Assembly (NCBI RefSeq): GCF_028368995.1
Contig: NZ_JAQNDL010000001.1
Coordinates: 4,160,001-4,224,000, forward strand
Length of the DNA: 64,000 bases
Source: Nannocystis bainbridge
GTDB lineage: Bacteria; Myxococcota_A; Polyangia; Nannocystales; Nannocystaceae
Reading direction: 5' to 3'
The translations under genes were made by a program, and so were the position numbers. Of the stretch, positions 7,169-17,130 are shown piece by piece. The notes beneath the pieces are model-generated. The model ran no database searches. It was not told the origin of the DNA and saw nothing but the letters and a program-made list of their open reading frames with translations. Numbering within the stretch: the stretch's first letter is position 1; every line of letters starts with the position of its first letter.

Positions 7169-9481
7169 TCATGACCCGCTGACGTGCAAGATCTCCGCGA
7201 CCGGTCGGCGCAGCGACGACTGCGTCAATGCCTCCGCGCGTGAGACCCGGAACAGCAGCACCTCGGCCTGCTCGGGCTCGCCCGGGAACAGCCGGGTGAA
7301 GCGCGGGCGGGCCTCTGCGAGCGCCGCCACGGCCGCCTCGCTCAGGCCCTCGCCGCCGTGGCGCACGCGCAGGAACAGGTACGGCAGCGTCGACATCGGG
7401 TAGATCGCCAGCCCCAGCGCGTGGGCGACCAGCCACATGCGCTGCAGCGCCTGGCCGCCGCGGAAGAACTGCTCGGCGCCGATGCGCGGCATCGTCAAGA
7501 GGCCGACCGCCGAGGCCGACGCGATCGCCTTGGCGGCCGACTTGCGCAGGCCCTTGCCGCCGCCGAGGGCGCGTAGCAGCGGCAGCGCGTCCTGCCTTCG
7601 GCACATCGAGAGGCCGGCGCGGTCGGCCGCGCTGAGCTCGAGCGAGTCGATGGTGATGCCGTCGCGGGTGGCCTCGGCCTCCTCGGGGGTCCAGCGGACC
7701 TCGCGGAACATCTCGCGGTTGAGCCGGTCGTCGATGATGCGCTGCTGGTCGCCGATGCCGATCAGGTCGGCGATCTCGGCCAGGTCGGCGTCGCCGGCGA
7801 CGAACTGCAGGCGGGCGCCGGAGATCGAGCAGGTGGCGTCACGCAGCGCGTCATGATGGGCCAGGTCCAGCGGTTCACGGGGCGAGGCTTTGCGGTTGGT
7901 GTTTCGGGCCCCGAGCGCGCCGGCGAGCTCGTCGTGCCAGTGCGGCAGCGCGTCCGGGCCGGGCCCGGCGAGGCGTTCGAACACGGCCGCGAGGTCGGGC
8001 TCGTCGGCGCTGGGGAACACCTGCTGGGCCAGCTCGAGCCCGCGCGCGTGAGCGGCCAGTCGCAGGCTCTCGGCCGCGGCGCCGAGGGCCGCGACGCCGC
8101 CCATGGCGCGGAAGTCGGCCAGGCTCTCGGAGCGGGCGCGCTCGTGGAACAGGAACAGCCGACCGCCGCGCAGCAGCCAGCGCCACGGCTGGGTGTTGCC
8201 GCCCGACGGCGCGCGCGCGGCCAGCTCGACCAGCTCACGCGCCTGCTCGGTGCTCCACGCCAGCGCGGCCGGGCGCCCGTGCGTCCCGCGGTCGGCGGCG
8301 CGCTCCATCGCCTCGGCGGTCCACGCCGGCACGTGCGGCAGCTCGACCGGGCCGTCGGGCGCGGGATCGTTGGGCACGATGCTCTCGATGTCGGCGATGA
8401 AGCGCCCCGAGTAATTCATCTGCCCGAGGTTCATGCGCCGGACGATGTCGGCCGCCGCGCCGCCGCCGTAGACGACGCACGAGCCGAGCTGCGGCCAGGT
8501 CTTGATCGTCGACTCGATCTCGATCATCGACGTGACCATGCGGCTCGACATGGTGCCCTCGCCGATGATCTTGAGCACGTACGGGATCTTCTCCTCGGTC
8601 GAGAGGTTGGCGATCCGCTCGGGCTCGATGTTGCCGACGAGGCCGTGGAAGATCGGCCGCGCCGGCTCGAGGTCGAAGCGCTCGACGTCGATGAGCGCGC
8701 GGTCGCTGGTCTCCATCAGCACCGGGATCTTGTGCAGCCGGGCGGTGACGCGCAGCTTGAGCTTGATGTCGATGCTGTCGCACTCGTCGATCAGCACGTC
8801 GAGCTTGCCGCCGCGGAGGAGGAACGCGCTGAGGTTGTCGTCGTGGACGCCGACCGGGTAGAGCACGACCTTGAGGAACGGGTCGATCTCGGCGATGTCA
8901 CGGGCCGTGATCAGGACCTTGGAGACGCCGAGGTTGTGGACCGAGCTGCGGATGCGATTGAGGTTGGAGAGGTCGAGGCGGTCGAAGTCGGCCAGCCGGA
9001 TCTCGCCGACGCTGCGCTCGAGCGCCATCGTCGTCGCCACCGTCTGACCGACCGACAGGCCGATCACGCCGACGCGCTTGGTCGCCAGCCGCGCCTGCTC
9101 CTCGGGCGTCAGCTTGTACTTGTTGCGGTTGGTCCGCAGCTCGACGAACTCGGCCTCGTCGAGCAGGTGCACCAGGCGTGCGGCCCACGAGTAGTAGACC
9201 CATACGCCGTACTCTTCGGGCGGCGTCTCGCCGAGGTACAGCCGCACCCGCTCGCGCGCAGCGGGGTCGCTGATCCGCTCGCTCGGGTTGCGAGTGCGGA
9301 TCAGGTCGATGAGCTGCTCCTCGAGGGCGTCGTACACCTGCAGGCCAGGCACCTCGTCGAGCAACGTCGACAGCGCGCGCCGGTCCTCGGCGACGGCCAG
9401 GCGGAAGAGCTGAGGTCGCCACGCCTCGCTCTCGTAACGCGCCTCCAGCAGCCTCTTGCCCAGTCGGTCCCCTGTGTCCAC
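7169..9481 (-). CDS. ThiF adenylyltransferase-nitroreductase fusion, Rv1355c/MoeY-like (copy 1)
   Basis: WVYYSW...ELRTNRNKYK, GVIGLSVG, LADFDRLDLSNLNR, DECD, APSGGNTQPW (nitroreductase); GTG 9481 with GGAGAG upstream gives a length close to copy 2. Confidence 0.85.
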   Translation of the reverse strand: MDTGDRLGKRLLEARYESEAWRPQLFRLAVAEDRRALSTLLDEVPGLQVYDALEEQLIDLIRTRNPSERISDPAARERVRLYLGETPPEEYGVWVYYSWAARLVHLLDEAEFVELRTNRNKYKLTPEEQARLATKRVGVIGLSVGQTVATTMALERSVGEIRLADFDRLDLSNLNRIRSSVHNLGVSKVLITARDIAEIDPFLKVVLYPVGVHDDNLSAFLLRGGKLDVLIDECDSIDIKLKLRVTARLHKIPVLMETSDRALIDVERFDLEPARPIFHGLVGNIEPERIANLSTEEKIPYVLKIIGEGTMSSRMVTSMIEIESTIKTWPQLGSCVVYGGGAAADIVRRMNLGQMNYSGRFIADIESIVPNDPAPDGPVELPHVPAWTAEAMERAADRGTHGRPAALAWSTEQARELVELAARAPSGGNTQPWRWLLRGGRLFLFHERARSESLADFRAMGGVAALGAAAESLRLAAHARGLELAQQVFPSADEPDLAAVFERLAGPGPDALPHWHDELAGALGARNTNRKASPREPLDLAHHDALRDATCSISGARLQFVAGDADLAEIADLIGIGDQQRIIDDRLNREMFREVRWTPEEAEATRDGITIDSLELSAADRAGLSMCRRQDALPLLRALGGGKGLRKSAAKAIASASAVGLLTMPRIGAEQFFRGGQALQRMWLVAHALGLAIYPMSTLPYLFLRVRHGGEGLSEAAVAALAEARPRFTRLFPGEPEQAEVLLFRVSRAEALTQSSLRRPVAEILHVSGS

Positions 9482-9675
9482 GTGCTCTCCCGCCGCTGCC
9501 CGTCGCGCCTGCGCGGCCGTTCTCCCGCCATGATAGGCCGGGCTCGTCGCGTCGATCCACCGCAGCACGCGCGCTCGATCACGCTCGTCGGGCGCCACGG
9601 GCGCGGAACCTGGAGCCGCGACCCGCCTGCGGGCGGTAACGCTCCGGGGCGCCGATCTGCCGCGTCCTCGGCACA

Positions 9676-9717
9676 TGTTCTTTACGGCATGTTGTGAAGG
9701 ACATGTTCCAAAAAACA
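9676..9717. repeat. 14-bp-period tandem array x3
   Basis: TGTTCTTTACGGCA TGTTGTGAAGGACA TGTTCCAAAAAACA. Confidence 0.7.
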
Positions 9718-9879
9718 GCTTGACGTTCGCAGCGAGCGCAGCCATGCGCAAATCCCGCGCAAGGCTTCTTTGGGCGTTTTCGCGCACGCTCGGCAGCACC
9801 GGTCCGACGCTCTTGGTCTATACTCTCGCTGGCTCAGCGGGGTCCGCACCGCCGCCGCCACGCCCCGAGAAGCGCGCCC

Positions 9880-10308
9880 ATGTCCGCCCCCACGATGGCC
9901 TACTCGCTCTACCACTCGGTGCTGGTGGCCGTGCACACGAAGGACAACCCGACCGACGAGGAGTGGAGCGGCTACGTCGACTTCGGGCGCAAGCAGATGG
10001 GCAACTACACCAGCTCGCTCGTCATCTCCGAGGGCGGGGGCCCCAACGCGACCCAGCGCGGGGCGATGAACGACCTGCTCGAGGCCAACGGCTTCAAGGG
10101 CAAGGTCTCGGTGGTGACGCTCAACCGGCTCGTCCGCGGCATCGTCACCGCGCTCAGCTGGTTCAACCCGAACGTCAAGGCGTTCACCACCGTGCAGATC
10201 CCCGCGGCCATCGAGTACCTCGAGATCCCCAGGCCCCACCACGAGCGCCTGATGGCCGAGATCAAGCGGCTGCGCGACAAGGTCGGCATCTCGAGCGCGA
10301 TGACCTAG
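9880..10308 (+). CDS. Small STAS/SEC14 (SpoIIAA-like) domain protein
   Basis: PTDEEW, GGGPNATQR, LVRGIVTALSWF, AAIEYL pattern typical of this myxobacterial family. Confidence 0.65.
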   Translation: MSAPTMAYSLYHSVLVAVHTKDNPTDEEWSGYVDFGRKQMGNYTSSLVISEGGGPNATQRGAMNDLLEANGFKGKVSVVTLNRLVRGIVTALSWFNPNVKAFTTVQIPAAIEYLEIPRPHHERLMAEIKRLRDKVGISSAMT

Positions 10309-10489
10309 CGACGCTCCGACGCGTCCCACCTGCCTGTGCCAGTCGCCCTTGCGCGGCCCGGGGGCACGCGTGGGCCGGCCGCCGTCACCGTTCGCGGCTC
10401 GCCTGTGTCACTCGCGTCGTCGCGGCCGAGCACGCGTCAATCGCGTCACTCGCGGCGACGGGCTCACGACGCGCTCGTGCGACGCGGCG

Positions 10490-11260
10490 TCAGGCCGAGT
10501 GTTCGGCCTGGGCGATGCCGCCGGCGGCGTGTTCGGACGGGGCCACCGGGGCGTGCTCGCCGGGTTGCACGGGCACGTGCTCTTCGGTCTCGGGCGACCA
10601 GAAGATCGGGCAGTGCATGCGGAGCGCCTGGCGGAGGCCGAGGATGCGCCACTTGTGCTCCGGCTCGGCGGTGGCGAGGCGGACCGGGTCGAGCAGGATG
10701 ACCTTCGAGAAGTAGCGGGCGTCGGGGTACGAATGCACGCCGAGGCGCGGCTCGGCGGCGAATCCGATGGGAGCCCAGTGGTTCACCACATAGTGGTGCG
10801 AGAGCGCGATCAGCAGGTTGGTCTCGCACAGCGGCGCAGCGGCCACGGCCGTGCGCACCAGCGCATTGCTCAGCTTGGTCCCGCGATACCGCGAATAGGC
10901 CCACAGGCCGCACACCTCGGCGACCCCGTGTTGCCGCCGGCTCTCCAGCAATCGCGCGAGCTGTGACAGTTGCGAGAGCGTGTGCTCGACCGGCAACTTG
11001 GTGCCCGGAAAGCTGAGGTGCAGCCGCAGCCCCCCGACCATCGCCCCCGACTCGTCGCGGGCCACGAAATACACCACGCGGCCGCTCAACAGGTCTTCTT
11101 GATTGACCTCGATGACGGCCGCTTCCGCCGAGAACTCCTCATAGCAAGCCCGCTGGGCCTGCGAGAACTCGTCCACTACAGACGGCTCGAGATGCGGGTT
11201 CACGAGGGAGAGCGAGAGCATGTGTGGTACCACCGTCCATGTGTGGAAAGGGCGCGGCAA
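10490..11260 (-). CDS. GNAT-fold N-acyltransferase-like protein (Rv1356c / N-acyl amino acid synthase-like)
   Basis: YFVARDESGAMVGGLRL, KLPVE, VAEVCGLW, YPDARY; located between two ThiF-nitroreductase genes. Confidence 0.65.
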   Translation of the reverse strand: MPRPFHTWTVVPHMLSLSLVNPHLEPSVVDEFSQAQRACYEEFSAEAAVIEVNQEDLLSGRVVYFVARDESGAMVGGLRLHLSFPGTKLPVEHTLSQLSQLARLLESRRQHGVAEVCGLWAYSRYRGTKLSNALVRTAVAAAPLCETNLLIALSHHYVVNHWAPIGFAAEPRLGVHSYPDARYFSKVILLDPVRLATAEPEHKWRILGLRQALRMHCPIFWSPETEEHVPVQPGEHAPVAPSEHAAGGIAQAEHSA

Positions 11261-11471
11261 CCCTCACAAGCACGCAAAACCCTGTTTGCCTCCCGCCACC
11301 GCATGTTCGGTCGAGAGTACGGGAATCACCTGGCAGTGTCAAGACGCGCTGCTTTCTTGCACATGCAGCAAATGTGTGCTGCGATACACAAATTGCAACG
11401 AGTTTGCGGCCTTTGGGCCCCGCCACGAGGCAAGACGTCGTGTTCTTGTCTCATCGGGACGACAGTGTCGA

Positions 11472-13760
11472 TCAAGGCGATTTCTTGTCGGGAAGCGGCG
11501 CAGAGAACACGTCGTCGACCGGTCTGCGTAAGGTCCGCAAGGGCGCGGGGTCTGCGTAGGAGAGGCGAAACAGCAGGATCTCGACATCGGCGAGCGCGAC
11601 GGTGAAAGCGCGAGTGAAGCGCTCCCGCATCTCGAGGAAACGCTGAATCTCGCGTTTGTCGAAGCCGGCGCCGTGGAACCGCTCGACCCGGGCGAACATA
11701 TCAATCAGCGTGTTGATCGGATGGATGGCGACGCCGAGGGCGCTGGCGGTGAGCCACAGCTGTTGCATCGCCTGGCCCCCGCGGACCAGCGCGGTCGGTG
11801 ATTGGCCGGGAATCGTCAGCAGGCCGACCGCTGCGGATGAGGCTAGGGCCTGGACCGACGACATCATCAGCAAGCGCCCACCATTCGTGTCTCGCAGCAC
11901 CTTGGCGACATCGGTGGAGCGGAGCAGCTGAAACGCCGCGAAGTCCATCGGTGTCACTGCCAGTGCCTCGACGCGAATGCCGTCCTGGGTGTCGTGGGCC
12001 TCGGCCTCCGACCAGCGGATCTGGCGCATCGTGGGGCCGTGCAGCGTCGGGGTCAGCAGCCGCAGTCGTTCGGCCTCACCCAGCAGTTGGCCGAGCTCGC
12101 CGAGCAGGCCGCGGTCCGTACATAGTTGCAGCTTGGCCCCGCTGTCGCGGGCGGCGGCCGACAACGCTTGCACATGCACCGGCGACAGGTGCGCACGGGT
12201 GCCCAGCGCGCGGTTGGTGTTGCGCCGCGGGATCTCCTCGAATAGCGGGTCGTCGGCCGGTCCGCCGGCGCGCAGTGCGAATCGCACCTCTGCGACCAGG
12301 GACGGGTCTTGCTTGCCCGGGAACAGCTGAATCGTGGCCTCGCGACCCTTCACCCCGGCCGCGATCTGCAAATTGGCCAGCGCCCCGCCGATGGCCACCA
12401 GCGCCCAATGACGGCCGATCTCCTCGCGCCCGGCCGCGCGCTCGGTGTCGTGGAACACCCGCAAAACGCTGTCGCCGTACTCGAATCGCCACGGCTGGTC
12501 GTTGCCGTGCGACGGCGCCATGATCGCGTACTGCACCAATTCGCGGACTTCGGTGATGTCGCGGAGTCGACGCGGGTGGCTGAGGTCGGGCAGCGGCGGC
12601 GAGGTGACCTCGGCGAGCTGACCGCTGACATCGATGTAGACGCGGCCCGAGGCGAGCGGCATGCCGAGGGCGAGGCGGCGGACCGCGGTCGTCGTGGTCG
12701 CGCCGCCGAGGGTCACGTCGGAGCCGAGCTGCGAGAAGCCCTTGAGCGTGAGGTTGAGCTCGAGCAGCGACGCGGCCAGGCGGGGCGAGATGGTGTGCAG
12801 GCCGGCGATCTGCAGGATGAGGCCGAGGCGGGCCGGCGGCGGCAGCGTGTTGACCTGGTCGGAGGTCACGTTACCGACGAGGCCGTGGAGGATCGGGCGC
12901 TCGGGCTCGAGGTCGAAGCGTTCGATGTCGAGCATGCCGCGGTCGCTGGTCTCCATCAGCACCGGCAGCCGACGGGCCCGCGCCTCCTCGCGCAGCTTGA
13001 GCTTGATCTGGATGCTGTCGCACTCGTCGATGACGATGTCGGCGCGGTCGCCCGGACCGGTGCCGTCGATGAACTCGCCGATGTTCTCGGGCGTGACGCC
13101 GTCGGTGAACAGGACCAGGTTGGCGTACGGGTTCTGCTCGTAGATCTGGCGCGCCGCGATGATCGCCTTGTTGAGCCCGAGGTGATGCACCGCGCAGCGG
13201 ATGCGGTTCATGTTCGACAGGTCGAGGGTGTCGAAGTCGGCGAGGCGGAGCTCGCCGAACACGCCCTCGAGCGCGAGCGTGACTGCGACCGCGTTGCCGA
13301 CGCTGAGGCCGGCCAGGGCGATCTTGATCTTGCGCAGCCGGATCTGCTCTTCGCTCGTGATCTTGTTGCGGTTGCGATCGGAGCGCAGCTCGATGAACGG
13401 GTCGGGCGGCAGCAGGTGGACCATGCGCCGCGACCACGGATAGAAAGCCCAGCGCCCGTAGTCCTGCGGCGTCTGGCCGGCGAGCGTGCGCTCGATCTCC
13501 TGCGCGACCTCGTCGTCGGTGTAGTTCTTGCTCGGCGTCCGCGAGCGCACGAGGTCCTTCAGCTGGGCCTCGAGCATGTCGTGGATGTACATGACCTCGC
13601 CGTCGTTCATCAGCTCGTCCATCGCCTCGGCTTCGGCGGGGACGGAGCGATCGAAGATCAGCGGGAACCACGACTCGCGCTCGGCGGAGTCGAGCACTTC
13701 ACGCCACGGAGCCAGAGTCTTCGGCAAACGACGCGCAGGCATCGACGGCTCCTCAGTCAA
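11472..13760 (-). CDS. ThiF adenylyltransferase-nitroreductase fusion, Rv1355c/MoeY-like (copy 2)
   Basis: WAFYPWSRR...ELRSDRNRNKIT, LAGLSVG, LADFDTLDLSNMNR, DECD, APSHGNDQPW. Confidence 0.85.
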   Translation of the reverse strand: MTEEPSMPARRLPKTLAPWREVLDSAERESWFPLIFDRSVPAEAEAMDELMNDGEVMYIHDMLEAQLKDLVRSRTPSKNYTDDEVAQEIERTLAGQTPQDYGRWAFYPWSRRMVHLLPPDPFIELRSDRNRNKITSEEQIRLRKIKIALAGLSVGNAVAVTLALEGVFGELRLADFDTLDLSNMNRIRCAVHHLGLNKAIIAARQIYEQNPYANLVLFTDGVTPENIGEFIDGTGPGDRADIVIDECDSIQIKLKLREEARARRLPVLMETSDRGMLDIERFDLEPERPILHGLVGNVTSDQVNTLPPPARLGLILQIAGLHTISPRLAASLLELNLTLKGFSQLGSDVTLGGATTTTAVRRLALGMPLASGRVYIDVSGQLAEVTSPPLPDLSHPRRLRDITEVRELVQYAIMAPSHGNDQPWRFEYGDSVLRVFHDTERAAGREEIGRHWALVAIGGALANLQIAAGVKGREATIQLFPGKQDPSLVAEVRFALRAGGPADDPLFEEIPRRNTNRALGTRAHLSPVHVQALSAAARDSGAKLQLCTDRGLLGELGQLLGEAERLRLLTPTLHGPTMRQIRWSEAEAHDTQDGIRVEALAVTPMDFAAFQLLRSTDVAKVLRDTNGGRLLMMSSVQALASSAAVGLLTIPGQSPTALVRGGQAMQQLWLTASALGVAIHPINTLIDMFARVERFHGAGFDKREIQRFLEMRERFTRAFTVALADVEILLFRLSYADPAPLRTLRRPVDDVFSAPLPDKKSP

Positions 13761-13871
13761 CGCGGCGCGTGGGCTCGGCGGGCAACACTTCGACGATAGC
13801 GCAAGGCGCGCGGAGTCGACAAGGGCGGCGCATTGCCTTCACTTCCCGACGTGTCGTCACGCTTTCGTGAT

Positions 13872-14513
13872 TCATGCGGCGGCGCTCCGCACGGCGGCCA
13901 GCAGCGTCGTCGCGCGCTCGCCGATGGCTGTGAGATCTCCGGCTTGTACGAGCGCCGGGGGGAACAGCGGCGTGGTGAAGCCCACCCCTGCCGCGCCGGC
14001 TTGCAGCACCGGAGCGGCGTTCGCGGCGTCGACCCCGTTGGTCGGCACCAGGTTCAGGGCCGGCATCGGCCCCAGCACCGCGCGCACGAACGCGGCGACG
14101 TCGCCGGGCGCGGGGAACAACTTTTGCGCCGCCGCCCCGGCCGTGTGCGCGCGCCACAGCTCCGTCGGCGTGAAGCAGCCGGGCACCGCCGCCGCCCCGA
14201 GCGCGCGCGCGCAGGCCACCACGCGCTCGTCCAGCACCGGCGACACCAGGAACCGGGCCCCAGCCCGGACCGCCTCGCCGGCGGTCTCAGGGTCCATCAC
14301 CGTGCCCGCGCCGACCGTCAGGCGGGCGTCACGGGCGAACTCGGCGACGAGGCTCATCGCCCCGGGCGTCGTCACCGTGAACTCGAGCACCCGGAAGCCG
14401 GCCTCGACGGCCGCCCACATCGCCGCGGCGGCGTGGTCGCGGCTGGTCGCGCGCATGATGGCGACCGCGCGGTGCTGGGCGAGCGCCGCGGTGAAGGCTG
14501 TCTCCGAGGACAT
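13872..14513 (-). CDS. eda: KDPG/KHG aldolase
   Basis: VAIMR, LEFTVTTP, VGAGTV, GARFLVSP, PGCFTPTE, KLFPA, PTNGV. Confidence 0.9.
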   Translation of the reverse strand: MSSETAFTAALAQHRAVAIMRATSRDHAAAAMWAAVEAGFRVLEFTVTTPGAMSLVAEFARDARLTVGAGTVMDPETAGEAVRAGARFLVSPVLDERVVACARALGAAAVPGCFTPTELWRAHTAGAAAQKLFPAPGDVAAFVRAVLGPMPALNLVPTNGVDAANAAPVLQAGAAGVGFTTPLFPPALVQAGDLTAIGERATTLLAAVRSAAA

Positions 14514-14811
14514 GCTGGGGCCATCGTAGGCCAACGGCCGCGCGGGCCGCAAGTTCGCCGCCGGACCGGGGCCGGGGCCGACCCGAGGCGTCCGCGGAGG
14601 CCGCCTCGGCGGCAGCGGCGGTCACGCAGGGTCTGCGGGCTCGCGTTCCGGGCGATCGGCACATTCGGGTTCGCCGACCAGCGGCGCGCCCGGGCTGCGG
14701 GTACCGAGCGGGCGGCGATCGTCGCACATGGCCTTTTGTTCATGTCCGGGACGCGTCGTCGCGGGCGTCTGCTCCCCGCGCTGCTCGAGGCCGGCGGCGC
14801 CTCGCTCGACA

Positions 14812-14928
14812 TGTCCCCACGGACATGTCCATGCCGCGCGAGTGACATGTCCCTTCGGACAGCCGACCTCCTGTGAGTCCCGGCATGTCCCGGAGGACAG
14901 GTTCATCCCGAGGCTGTCCCGAAGGACC
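14812..14928. repeat. Cluster of four TGTCC-N4-GGAC(A) units
   Basis: TGTCCCCACGGACA, TGTCCCTTCGGACA, TGTCCCGGAGGACA, TGTCCCGAAGGACC. Confidence 0.8.
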
Positions 14929-14931
14929 GCG

Positions 14932-15753
14932 TCAGCCGAAGATGGGCAGCATGCGCTCTTCGTAGAGCGAGTCGAGCATCGACTGCATCGTCTGCTCGAC
15001 CCGCTCGTAGACGGTCGGCGCGCGCTCGGCCGCCTCGACCTCGCAGCAGGCGTTGCCGTCGTGCGCCAGCGGGTCGCCGACCTGGAACGTGATCTTCGAC
15101 GGCAGCGGCAGGTAGGGCAGCGCGCAGGTCGGGCCGAGCATCAGGCCCCAGGGGGCGGCGAGGATGATCGGCAGGGAGCTGATCCTCGCCCACTTCTGGG
15201 TCTGCATCAGGCGCGCGAGCCGGTGGCCGCGGGTCAGCACGATCATCGTCTCGTGGCTGCCGGCGCTGACGACCGGGACGATCGGCACACCTGCCCGAAG
15301 AGCCAGGCGCGCGAAGCCCTGGCGCTGGGCCAGGACGATCCGCCGGCGGTCGCGGAACGGGCGCATCGACTCGACGTCGCCGCCCGGGAACACCAGGACC
15401 TTGTGGCCCGCCTCGAGCAGCGAGCGGGCCTGGCCCTTGCGGGCGCGGATGATGCCGACCGACTCGAGCATCTGCGCCACCCGCTTGACGCGGAACAGGA
15501 TGTCGTGGGCGAGCACGAAGACCGGCTGGTCGTAGCCGCGCTGGCGGTAGTACTCGACCAGGAACAGGCCATCGACCGGATTGAGGCCGCCGTTGTGGTT
15601 GGCGACGATCAGCGCCGGACCCTCGGGCATCTTGTCGACCCCGCGCACCTCGCAGCGGTGGTAGCGGGCCAGCATGTTGAAGCCGGCCACCGCCGACCGC
15701 AGCGCCGAACGGCACACGCCTGCGAGAACGCCGGAGGGTGCCGCTGATTCCAC
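14932..15753 (-). CDS. Lysophospholipid/glycerolipid acyltransferase (PlsC-like)
   Basis: IVANHNGG..PVD, VFPGG, GFARLALRAGVPIVPV. Confidence 0.85.
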   Translation of the reverse strand: MESAAPSGVLAGVCRSALRSAVAGFNMLARYHRCEVRGVDKMPEGPALIVANHNGGLNPVDGLFLVEYYRQRGYDQPVFVLAHDILFRVKRVAQMLESVGIIRARKGQARSLLEAGHKVLVFPGGDVESMRPFRDRRRIVLAQRQGFARLALRAGVPIVPVVSAGSHETMIVLTRGHRLARLMQTQKWARISSLPIILAAPWGLMLGPTCALPYLPLPSKITFQVGDPLAHDGNACCEVEAAERAPTVYERVEQTMQSMLDSLYEERMLPIFG

Positions 15754-15830
15754 GGGAGGGGCGGCACGCAGCGGTGGGGGGGGCGTTCCCTCAGCCTGCG
15801 GCGCGAAGCCCTCGAGCGGGTATGGTCTTG

Positions 15831-16745
15831 CTAGGCGGATGCTCGAAAAGTGTCATGACCTGCGGCACACGTCGAGCCGCGCTGTGAAACATCCTGCGCA
15901 GGCAAGCGCCGCGCGAAATCAAGCACACGTTCGGTCAACGCCGTCGGTTGCTCCATGAACCCGATGTGTCCGAAATCGGTGAATTCGGCCATTTCGGCGT
16001 GCGCGGGCAGGTTCTGGGCGAAGAAGCGGTAGTGCGCGCGCGGCAAGATCCGCTCCTCGCGCCCCCACACGAAGAGCACGGGCATGTGGAGGCTCGCCAG
16101 CTCGGCTGGCGTGAGCAGCACGGAGGGGGAGATCTCTCCGAGCAGCTGGCGCAGCTGGGGATGGTTGAAGCGCCGGCGGAGGTTGTGCGCGATCGGGTGA
16201 CGCATGAGGGGCGGCACCTTGGCGAACACGTCGTCGACGAATTCGAGCGCCTGGCCGTAGGAGTCGATGCGGAAGCGGTCGAGGAACGCCGCGTGCTGGG
16301 CCGGGGGCAGCGGCGCGCCGCCGGGCGAGACCAGCGCCAGACCGCGGACCATGTGCGGACGGGCGAGCGCGTAGCGGATCGCCACCAGGCCGCCCATCGA
16401 GTTGCCGAGGATGATCGCCGGCTGGTCGAGGACCTTGTCGAGCGTCTCGACCACCGCGTCGAGCAGCACCGTGGGCGCGTCGCCCGACCGCAGCGGCGCC
16501 GAGAAGCCGTGGCCCGGCATGTCGGGGGCGACGACCCGGCGGACGTGCGGCTGGAAGCGCTTGAGCAGCCCGGCGTAACACACCGCGTGGGCGGCGAGCC
16601 CGTGCAGCACGACGATCGGCGGCAGACCGCCGCTGCCCGCCCCGTCCAGCACGTGAATGTCGCCAGCGCCGGTGGCCACCTGGCGGCTCTTCAGGCCGGA
16701 GACGTTGAGGACACGGCGGGCGAGTCGCTCGGGCAGGGTCAGCAT
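15831..16745 (-). CDS. Alpha/beta hydrolase (lipase/esterase)
   Basis: VLHG, APDMPGHGFS, GNSMGG nucleophile elbow, FGHIGFME; start uncertain (16745 or 16793). Confidence 0.85.
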   Translation of the reverse strand: MLTLPERLARRVLNVSGLKSRQVATGAGDIHVLDGAGSGGLPPIVVLHGLAAHAVCYAGLLKRFQPHVRRVVAPDMPGHGFSAPLRSGDAPTVLLDAVVETLDKVLDQPAIILGNSMGGLVAIRYALARPHMVRGLALVSPGGAPLPPAQHAAFLDRFRIDSYGQALEFVDDVFAKVPPLMRHPIAHNLRRRFNHPQLRQLLGEISPSVLLTPAELASLHMPVLFVWGREERILPRAHYRFFAQNLPAHAEMAEFTDFGHIGFMEQPTALTERVLDFARRLPAQDVSQRGSTCAAGHDTFRASA

Positions 16746-17130
16746 GTGTTCAGGAGACTTCAGACCCCGGGGAAATTCCACAAAGCGGCGCATTCAGACC
16801 GTGCTGGGGATCACAGGACCGGCTGCGCACCCCCCTGCGCACGCGCGCAGGCGGTCGCGCTCCGCCCGACCCCGACGCAACGGCCTGTGATCTGTCCCCG
16901 AGGACAGATGAACCATGGATCGGCGAGCGCGCTCGCGACCGCCGCGCAGGGGCCGCCCGCGTCGCCAGGACCGAGAGGCGGTCGTCCCGCCTCGAAGATC
17001 GCGCCGACGAGGAGCAGCCGCGAGCGCAGAGGCGCCGGTCGGCCCTCGCCTTCGAGATGTCTCTTCGGACATGTCCTCCGGGACTGCTTGACGGCCTCGT
17101 CGCCGCCCGCGTAGAACCGGCGCCCGCGGC

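Noticed and set aside
11360-11385. Sigma-54 promoter for the acyltransferase
   Set aside because: The minus strand reads CAGCAC-N4-TTGC and lacks the invariant GG at -24.
7169-13760. Molybdopterin or thiamine biosynthesis (MoeB/ThiF) annotation
   Set aside because: No sulfur-carrier gene nearby, no Zn-binding CxxC pairs seen, and the nitroreductase fusion plus acyltransferase point to different chemistry.
14807-14831. GGACATGTCC resembling a eukaryotic p53 half-site
   Set aside because: Coincidental junction of two bacterial 14-mers; the context is clearly bacterial.
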